64,000 nt of DNA from an uncultured Clostridia bacterium (GTDB lineage Bacteria; Bacillota; Clostridia; Oscillospirales; CAG-272), in the NCBI GenBank assembly GCA_947625805.1, contig CANQPT010000003.1, positions 8,247 through 72,246 on the forward strand, read 5' to 3'. Shown piece after piece: positions 9,169 to 20,389 of this stretch. The translations under genes were made by a program, and so were the position numbers. Under the pieces are notes generated by a model that saw only the letters and a list, made by a program, of their open reading frames with translations, did no database searches and was not told the DNA's origin. The first letter of the stretch is position 1. Each line of letters begins with the position of its first letter.

Positions 9169-10449
9169 GTGAGCATGATGCAAGATATTGTCATAAAAGA
9201 AGGTTTAACGCTTCACTATATTGAAACCGACAAATTCAAAACCAATTATTTTTCAGTGCAGTTCTCTCTGCCCATCACGCGGCAGAACGCACCGCTCAGC
9301 GCTCTGCTTCCAAAGGTGCTCATGCGCGGCAGCGAAAAATACCCTACGCTGACCGCCATCAACCGTCGCTTAGACGATCTGTATGCATCGGATATCTACG
9401 GCAGAGTGTACGGACGTGGAGAAACGCAGTTTTTCGGTATTTCGGCCGGTATGCTGCGGGATCGCTTTGCGCCGGACGGCACCCGGATCACCGACAGTGT
9501 GCTGGAGATGGCGGCCGAGTTGCTGTTTGTCCCTTGTCTTGAGAGGGGCGCGTTCCGGGGAGAGTATGTGGAAAGTGAGAAAAAGCAGATCTTAGGGTAT
9601 ATCGCGGCACAGAAGAACAACAAACGCCGCTATGCCGTCAAACGCTGTGAGGAGTTGATGTGCGAAGGGGAAGCATACGGAATTCCCACCTACGGTTACC
9701 CCGAGGACGTGGAGGCGGTCACCCCGGCGCAGTTATATGATTTTTACCGTACCGTACTGCAGCAGGCGCGCTGCGAGTTGTTTTTTATAGGCGAGGCCGA
9801 CCCGACCGCTCTTGCCGCCCGGCTGAGAACTCTGTTTGCCCCGCTGGGCGTTGCCGCCCCCGCGCCTTTTGCCTGTGAGGTCATTCGTGCGGCAGGCGAG
9901 GTGCGTGAGATTCGTGAAACCGCGCCCGCCGAGCAGTCTGTGCTTGCGCTCGGTTTTCGCACGGGATGCGTGCTCTCGGACGGTGAGTGGCATGTGTTCT
10001 CGGTCTTTTCCGGACTGTTCGGCGCTTTTCCCACCAGCAAGTTGTTTGTCAACGTCAGAGAAAAACTCTCCCTGTGTTATACCTGTGCCAGCATGGCAGA
10101 ACCGCACAAGGGGGTCATGCTGGTGTACAGCGGCCTGAGTGCGGCCAATAAGGAAAAAGCGCAGACGGAGATTTTAGCCCAACTTAAGGCCATACAGGAG
10201 GGGCAGATCACCGACGAGGAGTTGCAGATCGCCAAAAACGGCGTGATCAACGGTTATCGGGCGCTGGACGACGCTCCCTCTTCCTTGGAGGGCTGGTATA
10301 CCGGCAGGGCGATGGCGGGGATCCGCAGTACGCCCGAGGAATGCATTGAGATGGCGAAACAGGTCACCAAGGACGACGTCGTGCGCGTTGCGCGCGCCGT
10401 CAGTCTGGATACCATCTATTTCTTAGAGGCAGAGGAGGAAGAGGCATGA
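9169..10449 (+). CDS. ymfF: M16 peptidase-like subunit without HxxEH (YmfF-like)
   Basis: TDKFKTN, SKLFVNVREKLSLCY; paired with a downstream HxxEH protein; start may be 9175. Confidence 0.85.
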   Translation: MSMMQDIVIKEGLTLHYIETDKFKTNYFSVQFSLPITRQNAPLSALLPKVLMRGSEKYPTLTAINRRLDDLYASDIYGRVYGRGETQFFGISAGMLRDRFAPDGTRITDSVLEMAAELLFVPCLERGAFRGEYVESEKKQILGYIAAQKNNKRRYAVKRCEELMCEGEAYGIPTYGYPEDVEAVTPAQLYDFYRTVLQQARCELFFIGEADPTALAARLRTLFAPLGVAAPAPFACEVIRAAGEVREIRETAPAEQSVLALGFRTGCVLSDGEWHVFSVFSGLFGAFPTSKLFVNVREKLSLCYTCASMAEPHKGVMLVYSGLSAANKEKAQTEILAQLKAIQEGQITDEELQIAKNGVINGYRALDDAPSSLEGWYTGRAMAGIRSTPEECIEMAKQVTKDDVVRVARAVSLDTIYFLEAEEEEA

Positions 10450-11732
10450 GCCGTTTTGAAAAAAGAGAAAACCCGCAGCTTGAGGAATCCTATCTGCATC
10501 TGACCCACGAGAGCGGGTTGGAGATTTATGTCATTCCCAAGCGTCTTTCCACCTATTTTGCCTCGGTCACCGTCAAATACGGATCGATCGACAGCCGGTT
10601 TCGACTGGACGGTCAGGAGATGGCCGTCCCGGACGGGATCGCACATTTCTTGGAGCATAAAATGTTTGAAAGCGAGGACGGCACAGACGCCTTCGCGCGC
10701 TACGGCGCTGTGGGGGCGGATGCAAATGCGTTCACTTCCTTTACCCGTACCTCTTATATTTTTTCCTGTACCGACCGGTTTTACGATTCGCTGGAGATTT
10801 TGCTCGAGATGGTCAGCCATCCGCACTTCACACAGGAGAACGTGGCAAAAGAGCAGGGCATCATCGGTGAGGAGATCGGAATGATGAACGACAATCCCGG
10901 CTGGGTGATTCTGTTTGATCTGCTGGGCGCCCTTTACCGCGATCACAGCGTGCGTATTCCCATCGCCGGAAGCGTGCAGTCTATTTCCGGAATCACCCCG
11001 GAGATCTTACACACCTGCTACGACGCCTTTTACCGGCCGTCCAATATGATTTTGGCCGTCAGCGGAGATATCGACCCCGAACGGGTGGAGGCTCTCGTCG
11101 ACAAGTATTTTCCGGCGGTACCGCCCAAGCAAGTCGATCGTATTTACGCACAAGAGCAGCCCGGTGTGGTGAGCAAGCGGGTAGAGGCGGTCATGGACGT
11201 CGCCCGTCCGATCTTTATGATCGGCTGCAAGGATACCGACATTTCGCCCGACCCGATCGAGCGCGCCCGAAAAAGCGCCCGACTTACGATTTTGCTGGAC
11301 GCCATGTTCGGCCCCTCCAGCCCGATTTACAGTGAACTGTACGAGCAGGGACTGATCACCGGCACGCTTTCCCATGAATACGAGCACACCGCCGCTTTTT
11401 CCTTCGCACAGATATCCGGTCAGAGCGCGCAGGCCGAACAGGCCATCGACAAGATCATGGCTTATATTGACAAGACCGTGCAAGACGGACTTGATCCCGA
11501 ATTGTTCGAGCGTGCAAAACGGGTGAGCTGTGCACAGAATATCCGCTCCTTTGATTCCACCGAGGAGATTGTCGGGCTGTTTACGGGCGCAGCTTTAGAA
11601 GATATCGAGCCATTCCGGCTGGTGGATGCGTTCTCTGCGGTCACAAAAGAAGAATGTGATGCGCTTGCCGCTGGTCTGTTCGCGCCCGGATCCCGTGCGA
11701 TTTCCTTAGTCAAACCCGGAGAGGAGGAATGA
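10446..11732 (+). CDS. ymfH: M16 zinc peptidase (YmfH-like)
   Basis: PDGIAHFLEHKMF (HxxEH), NAFTSF, KEQGIIGEEI. Confidence 0.9.
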   Translation: MSRFEKRENPQLEESYLHLTHESGLEIYVIPKRLSTYFASVTVKYGSIDSRFRLDGQEMAVPDGIAHFLEHKMFESEDGTDAFARYGAVGADANAFTSFTRTSYIFSCTDRFYDSLEILLEMVSHPHFTQENVAKEQGIIGEEIGMMNDNPGWVILFDLLGALYRDHSVRIPIAGSVQSISGITPEILHTCYDAFYRPSNMILAVSGDIDPERVEALVDKYFPAVPPKQVDRIYAQEQPGVVSKRVEAVMDVARPIFMIGCKDTDISPDPIERARKSARLTILLDAMFGPSSPIYSELYEQGLITGTLSHEYEHTAAFSFAQISGQSAQAEQAIDKIMAYIDKTVQDGLDPELFERAKRVSCAQNIRSFDSTEEIVGLFTGAALEDIEPFRLVDAFSAVTKEECDALAAGLFAPGSRAISLVKPGEEE

Positions 11733-12649
11733 CCGTGCATACCATATCGTTTCCGAACATCGGCATTGAAAACCTGCAAATCGACCGTGTGGCCTTTCGC
11801 ATATTCGGGCGGGAGATCTACTGGTACGGATTGCTGATCGTCTTTTCCATCGTGCTTGCATTCCTGTATGTGCAGTGGCGGGCACGTGCCGAGGGGATCA
11901 AAAGCGACGACATCTATGATCTTGCCATCTGGGTGGTCTTGGCCGGGATTGTCGGCGCAAGAGCCTATTATGTGTTGACCTCGCTCGACAAATATGACAA
12001 TATCCTGGATGCCTTCAAGATCTGGGAGGGCGGACTTGGCTTTTACGGGTGTGTGATCGGCGGCACGATCGCCGTGGTGCTCTTCGCCCGTTTCAAAAAG
12101 CTGAAGTTTTCCGTGCTTGCCGATATGATCGCGCCTACCCTTTTGCTGGCGCAGGCCATCGGCAGATGGGGAAATTTCTTTAACGCCGAGGCTTTCGGCT
12201 CGGTCACCCAGTGGGATTTCTTCGGACATATCAGCGATATTTCGGGCAGTGTTCATCTTCCTTGGATCATGTACATAGGCGGCACTCCCGTTCAACCGAC
12301 CTTTTTGTATGAGTGTGTGTGGGATCTCTGCGGCTTTGCACTTTTATCCGTGTTCTATCGCAAGAAAAAATTCAACGGACAGATTGCGCTTTCTTATCTT
12401 GTCTGGTACGGCTTTGCCCGGATGCTGATCGAGGGCTTCCGCACAGACAGTCTGTACGTCGGCCCGATCCGCATCTCCCAACTGGTGGGAGCGCTCAGCG
12501 CGGTGGGCGGAATGATTTTGATGATTCTCCTTTTCCGCCGTGCGAAAGCCGGTAAAACCGCAGTCCCCTTTGCCCGGCCCGAACAAGCGGAAGAACAAGC
12601 GGAAGAGGCAGACCAAGAACAGGAGGAACCAAATGGCAAAACTGATTGA
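11729..12649 (+). CDS. lgt: Prolipoprotein diacylglyceryl transferase
   Basis: [38 protein letters not shown]. Confidence 0.96.
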   Translation: MTVHTISFPNIGIENLQIDRVAFRIFGREIYWYGLLIVFSIVLAFLYVQWRARAEGIKSDDIYDLAIWVVLAGIVGARAYYVLTSLDKYDNILDAFKIWEGGLGFYGCVIGGTIAVVLFARFKKLKFSVLADMIAPTLLLAQAIGRWGNFFNAEAFGSVTQWDFFGHISDISGSVHLPWIMYIGGTPVQPTFLYECVWDLCGFALLSVFYRKKKFNGQIALSYLVWYGFARMLIEGFRTDSLYVGPIRISQLVGALSAVGGMILMILLFRRAKAGKTAVPFARPEQAEEQAEEADQEQEEPNGKTD

Positions 12650-13511
12650 CGGAAAGGCGATCGCGGCCGAGATTCGCTGTGAGATCGCGGCAGACGTACA
12701 GGCGCTGTGTGCGCGGGGCGTACAGCCGGGTTTGGCGGTGATTCTGGTGGGGGACGACCCTGCCTCCGCGGTATACGTACGCAATAAAAAGAAGGCCTGT
12801 GAGCAGACCGGTATCCGCTCGGAGTCTTACGAGCTGCCTGCCGACACGACCGAGGAGCAGTTGCTTGCGCTCATCCGCAAACTCAACGCGGATCCTGCCA
12901 TCCACGGGATTCTGGTGCAGCTGCCGCTGCCGTCACATCTGGACCAAAAGACGGTCATTCATACCATTTCTCCGGAAAAGGACGTGGACGCCTTTCACCC
13001 GGTCAACGTGGGCAAAATCATGATCGGTGATTATGATTTCCTGCCATGTACGCCCGCAGGCGTGATGGCTCTGCTCGAGCGGAGCGGCATCGACTGCACG
13101 GGCAAGGAGTGCGTGGTGGTCGGCCGCAGTAATATCGTCGGCAAACCGCAGGCTATGCTGTTACTGCACGCCAACGGCACGGTCACAGTCTGCCATTCGC
13201 ACACAAAAAATCTGGCTGAGGTCACCCGACGTGCGGATATTTTGGTGGTGGCCGTCGGTCGTGCGGACTTTGTCGGCGCGGACATGGTCAAACCGGGCGC
13301 CGTGGTCGTCGACGTGGGTATGAATCGCCGTGCGGACGGCAAACTGACAGGCGACGTGGATTTTGCGGCAGTTGAGCCGATCGCATCGTACATTACCCCC
13401 GTTCCGGGCGGCGTAGGCCCCATGACTATTACCATGCTCTTGAAAAATACCGTAAAAAGTGCGGAAAAATCTGCCGAAACCCTTGACAGACAGTCCTCAA
13501 GAGTGATATAA
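12633..13511 (+). CDS. folD: Bifunctional methylene-THF dehydrogenase/cyclohydrolase
   Basis: MAKLIDGK start after GGAGG; [41 protein letters not shown]. Confidence 0.97.
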   Translation: MAKLIDGKAIAAEIRCEIAADVQALCARGVQPGLAVILVGDDPASAVYVRNKKKACEQTGIRSESYELPADTTEEQLLALIRKLNADPAIHGILVQLPLPSHLDQKTVIHTISPEKDVDAFHPVNVGKIMIGDYDFLPCTPAGVMALLERSGIDCTGKECVVVGRSNIVGKPQAMLLLHANGTVTVCHSHTKNLAEVTRRADILVVAVGRADFVGADMVKPGAVVVDVGMNRRADGKLTGDVDFAAVEPIASYITPVPGGVGPMTITMLLKNTVKSAEKSAETLDRQSSRVI

Positions 13512-13512
13512 T
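13483..13512 (+). promoter_or_regulatory. SigmaA promoter of the rplU-prp-rpmA operon
   Basis: TTGACA, 18 nt, TGaTATAAT, overlapping the end of folD. Confidence 0.75.
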
Positions 13513-13516
13513 AATA

Positions 13517-13595
13517 TGCCGCATAATGTTTGGTTATAAAAGCATTGCTTGCCAGACTTAGCGAGTCTTGTGCCAAAGGCACATAAGAAAGAGAG
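13517..13595 (+). ncRNA. Probable L21 ribosomal leader (cis-regulatory RNA)
   Basis: Located between promoter and rplU; CCGCATA and GCGAGTC elements as I recall from Firmicute L21 leaders; hairpin TGTGCC-aaa-GGCACA (13569-13583). Confidence 0.6.
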
Positions 13596-13604
13596 GTGCT
13601 TTTC

Positions 13605-13916
13605 GTGTTTGCAGTAATCGAAACCGGCGGAAAGCAGTACAAGGTGAACGAAGGCGATATTATTTTCGTCGAAAAACTGGGCGCCGACGAGGGGTCTACG
13701 GTGACCTTTGACAAGGTGCTTGCCGTATCTACCGGCTCGGAGTTCAAGACCGGCGCTCCCTACCTTGAGGGTGCGACCGTTACGGCCAATGTGGTCAAGA
13801 ACGGTAAGGGCAAAAAGATCTATGTCATAACCTACAAGCCCAAGAAGAACGAGAAGAGAAAACTGGGTCACAGACAGCCCTACACGAAGGTTCAGATCAG
13901 CGCGATCAACGCATAA
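13605..13916 (+). CDS. rplU: 50S ribosomal protein L21
   Basis: [13 protein letters not shown]...GHRQPYT; GTG start after GAGGTG. Confidence 0.98.
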   Translation: MFAVIETGGKQYKVNEGDIIFVEKLGADEGSTVTFDKVLAVSTGSEFKTGAPYLEGATVTANVVKNGKGKKIYVITYKPKKNEKRKLGHRQPYTKVQISAINA

Positions 13917-13921
13917 GAACC

Positions 13922-14272
13922 GTGACTAAATTTACCTTTTTCAAGCGTAACGGCGTATATTTCGGTTTTGAAGAAACCGGCCACGCGGGATTTGCCGCAG
14001 GCGGCGATGATATCCTGTGTTCCGCTTTCTCCGCAATGACCATGCTGATCGTCAATGCGATCGAGGTTACCTATGCCTCTTCGGTCGATTATCAGATCGA
14101 CGATCAGACGGCAACCATTCGGGTGATCGCAAACGGGGCGCTGGCCGAGCATGAAAGTGACGAGCGCAAGCGCTTTGCGGTTTCAGGATTGATCGAGGCG
14201 TATTTCATTCAGTTAAACGATATGCTGGAGGAATACTACGATTATATGGACGTTACAGAGAAACAAGCGTAA
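13922..14272 (+). CDS. prp: Ribosomal-processing cysteine protease Prp (YsxB)
   Basis: GHAG...DILCSAFS His/Cys dyad; lies between rplU and rpmA. Confidence 0.92.
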   Translation: MTKFTFFKRNGVYFGFEETGHAGFAAGGDDILCSAFSAMTMLIVNAIEVTYASSVDYQIDDQTATIRVIANGALAEHESDERKRFAVSGLIEAYFIQLNDMLEEYYDYMDVTEKQA

Positions 14273-14293
14273 ATGACGAATGGAGGAAGTAAG

Positions 14294-14572
14294 ATGTTAA
14301 GAATCAGCCTGCAATTTTTTGCACATAAAAAGGGAGTCGGCTCGACCAAGAACGGTCGTGACAGCGAGTCCAAGCGCTTAGGCACCAAGAAGGCAGACGG
14401 TCAGTCTGTGGTTGCCGGTAATATTATCGTAAGACAGCGCGGTACCCACATCCATCCCGGTAAGAACGTCGGGATCGGCTCGGACGATACGCTGTACGCT
14501 TTGATCGACGGCAAGGTCAAGTTTGAACATATTTCCCGCGACAGAAGATGCGTCAGTGTCTATGCCGACTGA
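14294..14572 (+). CDS. rpmA: 50S ribosomal protein L27 with Prp-cleaved N-terminal extension
   Basis: [24 protein letters not shown]; GGAGG RBS. Confidence 0.98.
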   Translation: MLRISLQFFAHKKGVGSTKNGRDSESKRLGTKKADGQSVVAGNIIVRQRGTHIHPGKNVGIGSDDTLYALIDGKVKFEHISRDRRCVSVYAD

Positions 14573-14598
14573 CCTTTGTACAAACATAAAATAATGGC

Positions 14599-14630
14599 AA
14601 ACGGCACAAGTTACTCTTGCGCCGTTTTTT
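14599..14630 (+). terminator. Terminator after rpmA
   Basis: AAACGGCACAAG-ttact-CTTGCGCCGTTTTTT. Confidence 0.7.
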
Positions 14631-14646
14631 CATCGGGAGAAAGAAA

Positions 14647-15663
14647 ATGAAACTGATCACCTTTACCGTGCCGTGCTATCATTCTGCGGAATATATGGAC
14701 AAGTGCATTGAATCCCTGCTCACGGCGGGGGAAGATGCGGAGATTCTGATCGTAGATGACGGATCTTTCAAGGACGACACTGCCGCTATCGCCGACCGTT
14801 ATGCGGCCATGTACCCCACCGTCTGCCGCGCCATTCACAAGGAGAACGGCGGACACGGTGATGCTGTGCAGACCGGAATTGCGAATGCGACCGGGCTTTA
14901 TTTCAAGGTGGTGGACAGTGACGACTGGCTGGACCCGGAGGCCCTGCAAAAGGTACTTACGGTCATTCGTACCCAGATCGAACGGCACAATCTTCCGGAT
15001 CTTCTCATCACCAATTACGTTTATGAGCGGGTCTATGAGGACAAGCGGCACTCTAATTCCTTTAAGCGCATTCTGCCGGAGGGACGTGTCTTCACATGGA
15101 ACGAAACCAACCGGTTCAATCAGTCCCACTATCTCACCATGCACACGCTGACCTATCGCACGGAGGTGCTCAAAGAGTCGGGCATTATCTTTCCCAAACA
15201 CACTTTCTATGTGGATAATATTTACGCCTATGTTCCGCTCACCTTTGTGGAAAAGTTGTACTACGTCAACTGTGAACTTTACCACTATTTCATCGGCAGA
15301 GAGGATCAGTCGGTGAATGAGGCGAATATGATCAAGCGCCTCGATCAGCAACTTCGGGTGACCAGACTGCTGATCGACGCAAAGAAGCCGCAGGAAGCGC
15401 GTCACGCGGGACAGAAGAAGTATATCATGCACTATCTTTTGTCCATGATGATGGTATCTTCTATCTTCTGTATGCTTTCAGGACCGCAGGGAAAAGAGGA
15501 TAAAGACGAGCTTTGGGCGTATCTCAAGAAAGTCGATCCGGCTACCTATAAGGTCTTGCGGCGCAAGGCACTGGGCATTGCGCTCAATTTCAAGAGCCGC
15601 TTTGGATGCGAGTTTGACATTCTCGTTTACAGGGTCTTGCAGAAGATCTATAAGTTTAACTGA
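14647..15663 (+). CDS. GT2 glycosyltransferase
   Basis: ITFTVPCY, ILIVDDGS, ENGGHG, VVDSDDW (DxD). Confidence 0.92.
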   Translation: MKLITFTVPCYHSAEYMDKCIESLLTAGEDAEILIVDDGSFKDDTAAIADRYAAMYPTVCRAIHKENGGHGDAVQTGIANATGLYFKVVDSDDWLDPEALQKVLTVIRTQIERHNLPDLLITNYVYERVYEDKRHSNSFKRILPEGRVFTWNETNRFNQSHYLTMHTLTYRTEVLKESGIIFPKHTFYVDNIYAYVPLTFVEKLYYVNCELYHYFIGREDQSVNEANMIKRLDQQLRVTRLLIDAKKPQEARHAGQKKYIMHYLLSMMMVSSIFCMLSGPQGKEDKDELWAYLKKVDPATYKVLRRKALGIALNFKSRFGCEFDILVYRVLQKIYKFN

Positions 15664-15710
15664 AATGATACGGGCGGGCAAATGGTTTGATTTGCCCGCC
15701 CGTATCATTT
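15663..15710. terminator. Bidirectional terminator, perfect 20-bp stem
   Basis: AAATGATACGGGCGGGCAAA-8nt-TTTGCCCGCCCGTATCATTT between convergent genes. Confidence 0.8.
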
Positions 15711-15734
15711 GTTGAAAAAAGCTGTCAGAGCGGT

Positions 15735-16919
15735 TTATTTGATTTTCCTTGCCTCGATATAATAACGCTTGTCGTGGGCGAGTCCCATGGAAAAGGTCTT
15801 ACGAGGCAGCGCGCCGTCCGCGAGAATGGCAGGGAAGAGCTGATCCTTTTGCATACCGTCAAATAAGAAGGCGACCGCCCCCTGCTCCGCAAGGCGACGT
15901 GCGGTATCTTCTCCGTGGACATAGTCGATGCGCACATGGTCACGCCCTTTCAGATACTCGTCCAAAAAACACTGAAGCGTGCCCACAGGCAACGTGCTTT
16001 GCGGTGCAACCTGCAAAACTTCGCTCGTATCGCCGTGCAGGACGGCAATCTTCTGACCCGTCGGGTCGGGCGCAAAAAACGCACGCGCTTGCCGCATGAG
16101 GTCGGCATAGTCCGCGCCGTACAGCACCCGGTAGATCGGCTCAAAGTCGAGCGCGTCCGCGTGAATGTTGACCACCTCTACCAGTGCATAGCGATTGAGC
16201 GGAGTAGGATTTTGCTCGCGGCAGGCTTTCGCCGCGGCCAGCGAATGGTTGCCGTCCCCGATGGCAAACCAAAGGGGATTTTCACAGTCCGCAAAGAGCG
16301 CGGACAGCGCGTCCGTAATCGCCTCCGGCGCAGGGACGATATATCCTGCGGCGTGTCCGCCGTCCTGCATTAGATCAAAGTCATAGACCTTGCGCATTGT
16401 ATTGCGCCGGGCGGCAAGCGGCTCGATGACGGTTCCTATCGGATCGTCGATCAGCAAAAGTATGTGCGGCAACTCGAGCGGTGCGTCGCGGCGAATGGCC
16501 ACCCGGGGCGGAATGCGCTCAAGGACCGTGCCCTCGGTCGCCCGCACGGGCGTTCGCGCGCCCGGTCGGTAATCGTAAGCGTCGAGGTCGATCGCTCCGA
16601 CCAACCCCGGCAGTACCCGTCCGTCCCGCTGGGTGCGCTCGGTGTAAAGAAACGTGTTTTTGTATTCCTCAAACACGCCTTTCTCAAGATAGGCGTACAT
16701 GGTCGCATTGATCTTCCTGATCCGCTCGTCCGGTCGGTCATCGAGGAATGCCTCGGGCAGGATCAGCCGGTAGGCGGAAGGAGCCTCGCCGACCGTACGC
16801 TCAACCGAACGCCAGTAGTCCGGCTCGGAGGTGTACTGGTCGCAGGCGACCACTGCCCAGCGCTCAAAATCGGTCTTGGGCAGGAGAATATCTGCGGGGA
16901 CAAAGTGGATTTGCTTCAT
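15735..16919 (-). CDS. DUF1015-family protein
   Basis: ADILLP...WAVVACDQYTSEP, RATEGT, IGDGNHS, LPRKTFSMG. Confidence 0.85.
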   Translation of the reverse strand: MKQIHFVPADILLPKTDFERWAVVACDQYTSEPDYWRSVERTVGEAPSAYRLILPEAFLDDRPDERIRKINATMYAYLEKGVFEEYKNTFLYTERTQRDGRVLPGLVGAIDLDAYDYRPGARTPVRATEGTVLERIPPRVAIRRDAPLELPHILLLIDDPIGTVIEPLAARRNTMRKVYDFDLMQDGGHAAGYIVPAPEAITDALSALFADCENPLWFAIGDGNHSLAAAKACREQNPTPLNRYALVEVVNIHADALDFEPIYRVLYGADYADLMRQARAFFAPDPTGQKIAVLHGDTSEVLQVAPQSTLPVGTLQCFLDEYLKGRDHVRIDYVHGEDTARRLAEQGAVAFLFDGMQKDQLFPAILADGALPRKTFSMGLAHDKRYYIEARKIK

Positions 16920-18892
16920 GTTTTTTCACGTTCCTTTCGCGGCGGACGGGAACCATCCGGGCGTTCTTCCGCCTCTGTGATATATCTGCTGGCCTGTGTG
17001 GAGAACAGATTGCAGTAGATCCCGTTCCTGCGCATTAGCTCGCTGTGATTGCCGGTTTCCACAAGTTCGCCGTTTTGCAAGACCAGAATCTTGCTTGCGA
17101 CGGTTGCACTGGACAGACGGTGTGACACGAAAAACGTGGTCTTGTCTTTGCGCAAACGGTCAAACTGGTTGAAAATCTCCTGCTCTGCGATGGCGTCGAG
17201 CGACGCGGTAGGCTCGTCTAAGATCAGCACGTCCGAATCCGAGTAGAAGGCCCGCGCGATGGCTAACTTCTGCCATTGACCGATCGACGGCTCGATCCCG
17301 GTCTGCTCGAATACCCGCATGAGCGGGGTGTCATAGCCCGCCGGTAAGGCCCGGATAAACGCATCTGCGGCACTTGCCCGGGCGGCCGACTGAATCTGCG
17401 TTGGATCTACAGGCTTGGTGATCTCGCCGAATGCAATGTTTTCGGTCACGGTAAAAGCGTATTTGCCGAAGTCCTGAAAGATGGCGCCGAACATGGCGTA
17501 TAACCCGTCGGTGTCGTATTCCCGGATGTCCGCTCCGTCCAGCAGGATCACGCCCTCGGTCGGATCGTACAGACGGGTGAGCAGTTTGAGCAGGGTGGTC
17601 TTGCCCGCGCCGTTCAGACCCACCAGTACCACGGTTTCGCCGGGATCTATGACAAAATTGATGTCTTTCAGCACGTCGCGCTCCGTTCCCGGATATCGGA
17701 AGGACACGTGCCGGAACTCGATGGTGTGGGCACAGTGGCGTGCGACCTGCCGCGGCTTTTCAAGGGTGGGCACGATCCTGCGCTTTTCGTTCATAAAGAC
17801 GATCATGTTGTCGATGAACAGAGTACCCTCGTAGATGCCGGAGGTCGTGCTGACCAGCGAGGCGACGCAGGAGGCGATCGAGGTCAGTGCGCCGGTATAA
17901 AGGGAGTAGTCGCCGATCTGCCCGTTCTGGGCCGCGACCGTGTATGCGATAAAGAAGAAGAGCGCACAGTTGACGCCGGTCGTGACCAGCGTGATCAGAA
18001 TGTTCCAGATCCCCTCGCCCGCAATCAACTTGCGGATGCCGGCGAAATAATGGGCAAACACCTTATTGTAATTGAAGATAAAGGTGTCGGACAGTCCGAA
18101 CAGGCGCAGTTCTTTGACGTTGTCCTTGTTGACCAGCATATCCGAATAGTAGGACATTTGCCTGCGGTCCTTGGAGCGACGGCGCATATAGCGGAAATTC
18201 TTTTTGCGGTAGGAAAAGGTGATGATCGCACTGGGCAGGGACAGCAGAATGACCACGAGCGGCGCAAACCACGCTACCGCTGAGAGGATCAGGATAAAAC
18301 TGACCGCCGAAATCACCGTACTCACGATGTTGAAGGTCGACTGAATGACCTGAATCGGCCGCGAGCCTGCCTCCCGGTTGGCGTTTTCAAACTTCTCGTA
18401 AAACTCGGGCATATCAAAGGAGGCAACGTCGATCTCCTTTGCCTTATTCATGATCTTGCATTTGACGTGATTGGTCACGATCTCGCCGGAGGTGCGGGTG
18501 ATAATATTGCTGACCGTATTGATCAGACTGACCAAGAACATATACCCGAACTGTAAGAGCATTGCGGGCAGCAGCAGGGAAACGATCCGCGCAAAATCGC
18601 TCGTTCCCTCACCGAGCAACGCGGCGACGCGGTTGAGAAGATTGGCGGAAATGTAAGCGGAAAGCACCGGTGAGATGCCGTTGAATACCGCCATGAAGAT
18701 CATCAGCAAGAGCAGTGATTTTTTCGCTTCCCATACGAGTTTTACAATATAATTCAATCGGAAGAAGAACCCGTGCAGCAGGCGTTTCAGATAGCCGGGC
18801 ACTTCGCCCATCGACTTGGGCAGCGGTTCTTTCATTTTTTCGTTTTGTTCATGCGGAGGAGGTCCTCCGAATCCATGTCCGCCGGGTCCCAT
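16916..18892 (-). CDS. ABC exporter, fused permease/ATPase
   Basis: Six TM segments; Walker A GLNGAGKTT, signature variant PSIGQWQK, Walker B LILDEP, H-loop VSHR. Confidence 0.92.
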   Translation of the reverse strand: MGPGGHGFGGPPPHEQNEKMKEPLPKSMGEVPGYLKRLLHGFFFRLNYIVKLVWEAKKSLLLLMIFMAVFNGISPVLSAYISANLLNRVAALLGEGTSDFARIVSLLLPAMLLQFGYMFLVSLINTVSNIITRTSGEIVTNHVKCKIMNKAKEIDVASFDMPEFYEKFENANREAGSRPIQVIQSTFNIVSTVISAVSFILILSAVAWFAPLVVILLSLPSAIITFSYRKKNFRYMRRRSKDRRQMSYYSDMLVNKDNVKELRLFGLSDTFIFNYNKVFAHYFAGIRKLIAGEGIWNILITLVTTGVNCALFFFIAYTVAAQNGQIGDYSLYTGALTSIASCVASLVSTTSGIYEGTLFIDNMIVFMNEKRRIVPTLEKPRQVARHCAHTIEFRHVSFRYPGTERDVLKDINFVIDPGETVVLVGLNGAGKTTLLKLLTRLYDPTEGVILLDGADIREYDTDGLYAMFGAIFQDFGKYAFTVTENIAFGEITKPVDPTQIQSAARASAADAFIRALPAGYDTPLMRVFEQTGIEPSIGQWQKLAIARAFYSDSDVLILDEPTASLDAIAEQEIFNQFDRLRKDKTTFFVSHRLSSATVASKILVLQNGELVETGNHSELMRRNGIYCNLFSTQASRYITEAEERPDGSRPPRKEREKT

Positions 18893-19183
18893 TGTTACCT
18901 CTCAAATAGTTTGATTTCTAACAAATTATATCACGCCCGGGATTTTTTTGCAATAGTTACAGCGGTCGATCTAACTATTAATAAAATATGTTACGAAAGC
19001 AAAATATAAATTGCAAAAACAACAAACAGCAACAAAGAAAATCCTCTTGTGCAGTATATGTGTATGGTTCAAGGTTTTGCGTTGTTTTTTGAAAAAGCGT
19101 CCGGTCAATTATTCCATTTTTCAGAATAATGTGGTATAATATAATATATTATACTTTTACTTTGTACTCAGGAGAAAACATAG

Positions 19184-20389
19184 ATGAAATATCTGGTAGT
19201 ATTATGTGACGGAATGGCGGACGAGCCGATCGAGGCCTTAGGCGGGCGCACACCCATGGAGGCGGCGTACAAGCCGATCGCGGACAGCCTTGCCGCAAGT
19301 GCCCTGATCGGTACGGTTTCCAATGTGCCCGGGGGAATGGTGCCCGAGAGCGACACGGCAAACCTTGCGGTGCTTTCCTACGACCCGGAGATCTATTCCA
19401 AGGGCCGTTCGCCCTTAGAAGCCGTGAGCATGGGACTTGCTATGACAGACACCCAGACCGCCTACCGTGCGAATATCGTCACCCTTTCTGAGAGAGAGGA
19501 ACACTACGAAGATCGCGTTATGCTCGATCATTCGGCGGACGAGATCACCACCCCCGAGGCGGATGCGTTGATCCGTGCGATCGAGGCGCATTTCGGCACG
19601 GACGCCCGGCATTTTTACACAGGCGTCAGTTACCGGCACTGTCTGCTTTGGGAAAATGCTCCGGACGGGCGTGAATTTATGCGTCCGCATGACATTCTCG
19701 GTCGGAAAATCGCGGAGTATCTGCCGGACGAGCCCTTTCTTTCCCTCATGCGGGAAAGTTTTGAGGTCTTAAACAATCACCCGGTGAATCAGGCCCGCCG
19801 TGCGCGCGGCCTGCGTCCGGCAAATTCCCTCTGGCTCTGGAGTCCGGGGAAAAAGCCCGCTCTGCCGGCTTTCCGCGACAAGTGGGGTCTGGACGCGGCG
19901 GTCATTTCGGCGGTGGATCTGATCAAGGGCATCGGAATCTGCGCGGGTATGGAGTCGATCGACGTGGAGGGTGCGACCGGCAATGTACACACCAATTATA
20001 CCGGCAAGGCTCAGGCGGCCATCGCCGCGTTCGAGCGCGGCAAGGAGTTTGTCTATATCCATATCGAAGCACCCGACGAATGCGGCCACCGCGCCGAGAT
20101 CGACAACAAAGTGCGCTCGATCGAACTGATCGATGAGAAAATCACCGGCCCTTGCGTGGAATATCTGAGAAAAACGGGAGAGCCTTTCCGCGTCATGATC
20201 CTGCCCGATCATCCGACCCCCATTCGCACCCGTACCCACTCGATCGATCCGGTCCCGTTTCTGATTTACGATTCGGCCCACCCTCGCGACGGTGTGACCA
20301 CATTTACCGAGCAGAGTGCGCGGGATAAAGCGTTTTATCTTTCGCGTGGCGAAAAACTGCTTGACTATATGATTGGAGGCAAACGATGA
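19184..20389 (+). CDS. apgM: Cofactor-independent phosphoglycerate mutase (ApgM type)
   Basis: DGMADEP, PESDTANL, GRSPLEA, APDECGH, PDHPTP, THSIDPVPF. Confidence 0.92.
   Translation: MKYLVVLCDGMADEPIEALGGRTPMEAAYKPIADSLAASALIGTVSNVPGGMVPESDTANLAVLSYDPEIYSKGRSPLEAVSMGLAMTDTQTAYRANIVTLSEREEHYEDRVMLDHSADEITTPEADALIRAIEAHFGTDARHFYTGVSYRHCLLWENAPDGREFMRPHDILGRKIAEYLPDEPFLSLMRESFEVLNNHPVNQARRARGLRPANSLWLWSPGKKPALPAFRDKWGLDAAVISAVDLIKGIGICAGMESIDVEGATGNVHTNYTGKAQAAIAAFERGKEFVYIHIEAPDECGHRAEIDNKVRSIELIDEKITGPCVEYLRKTGEPFRVMILPDHPTPIRTRTHSIDPVPFLIYDSAHPRDGVTTFTEQSARDKAFYLSRGEKLLDYMIGGKR

Noticed and set aside
9169-10449. M16 peptidase lacking HxxEH as a novel pseudo-enzyme
   Set aside because: Established feature of the YmfF/YmfH heterodimer-type pair.
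14294-14320. N-terminal extension on L27
   Set aside because: Known Firmicute feature removed by the adjacent Prp protease.
19014-19091. Loose inverted repeat (CAAAAACAAC / GTTGTTTTTTG) in the ABC-apgM divergent gap
   Set aside because: Low-complexity A/T-rich match, likely chance or promoter UP elements; no partner evidence.
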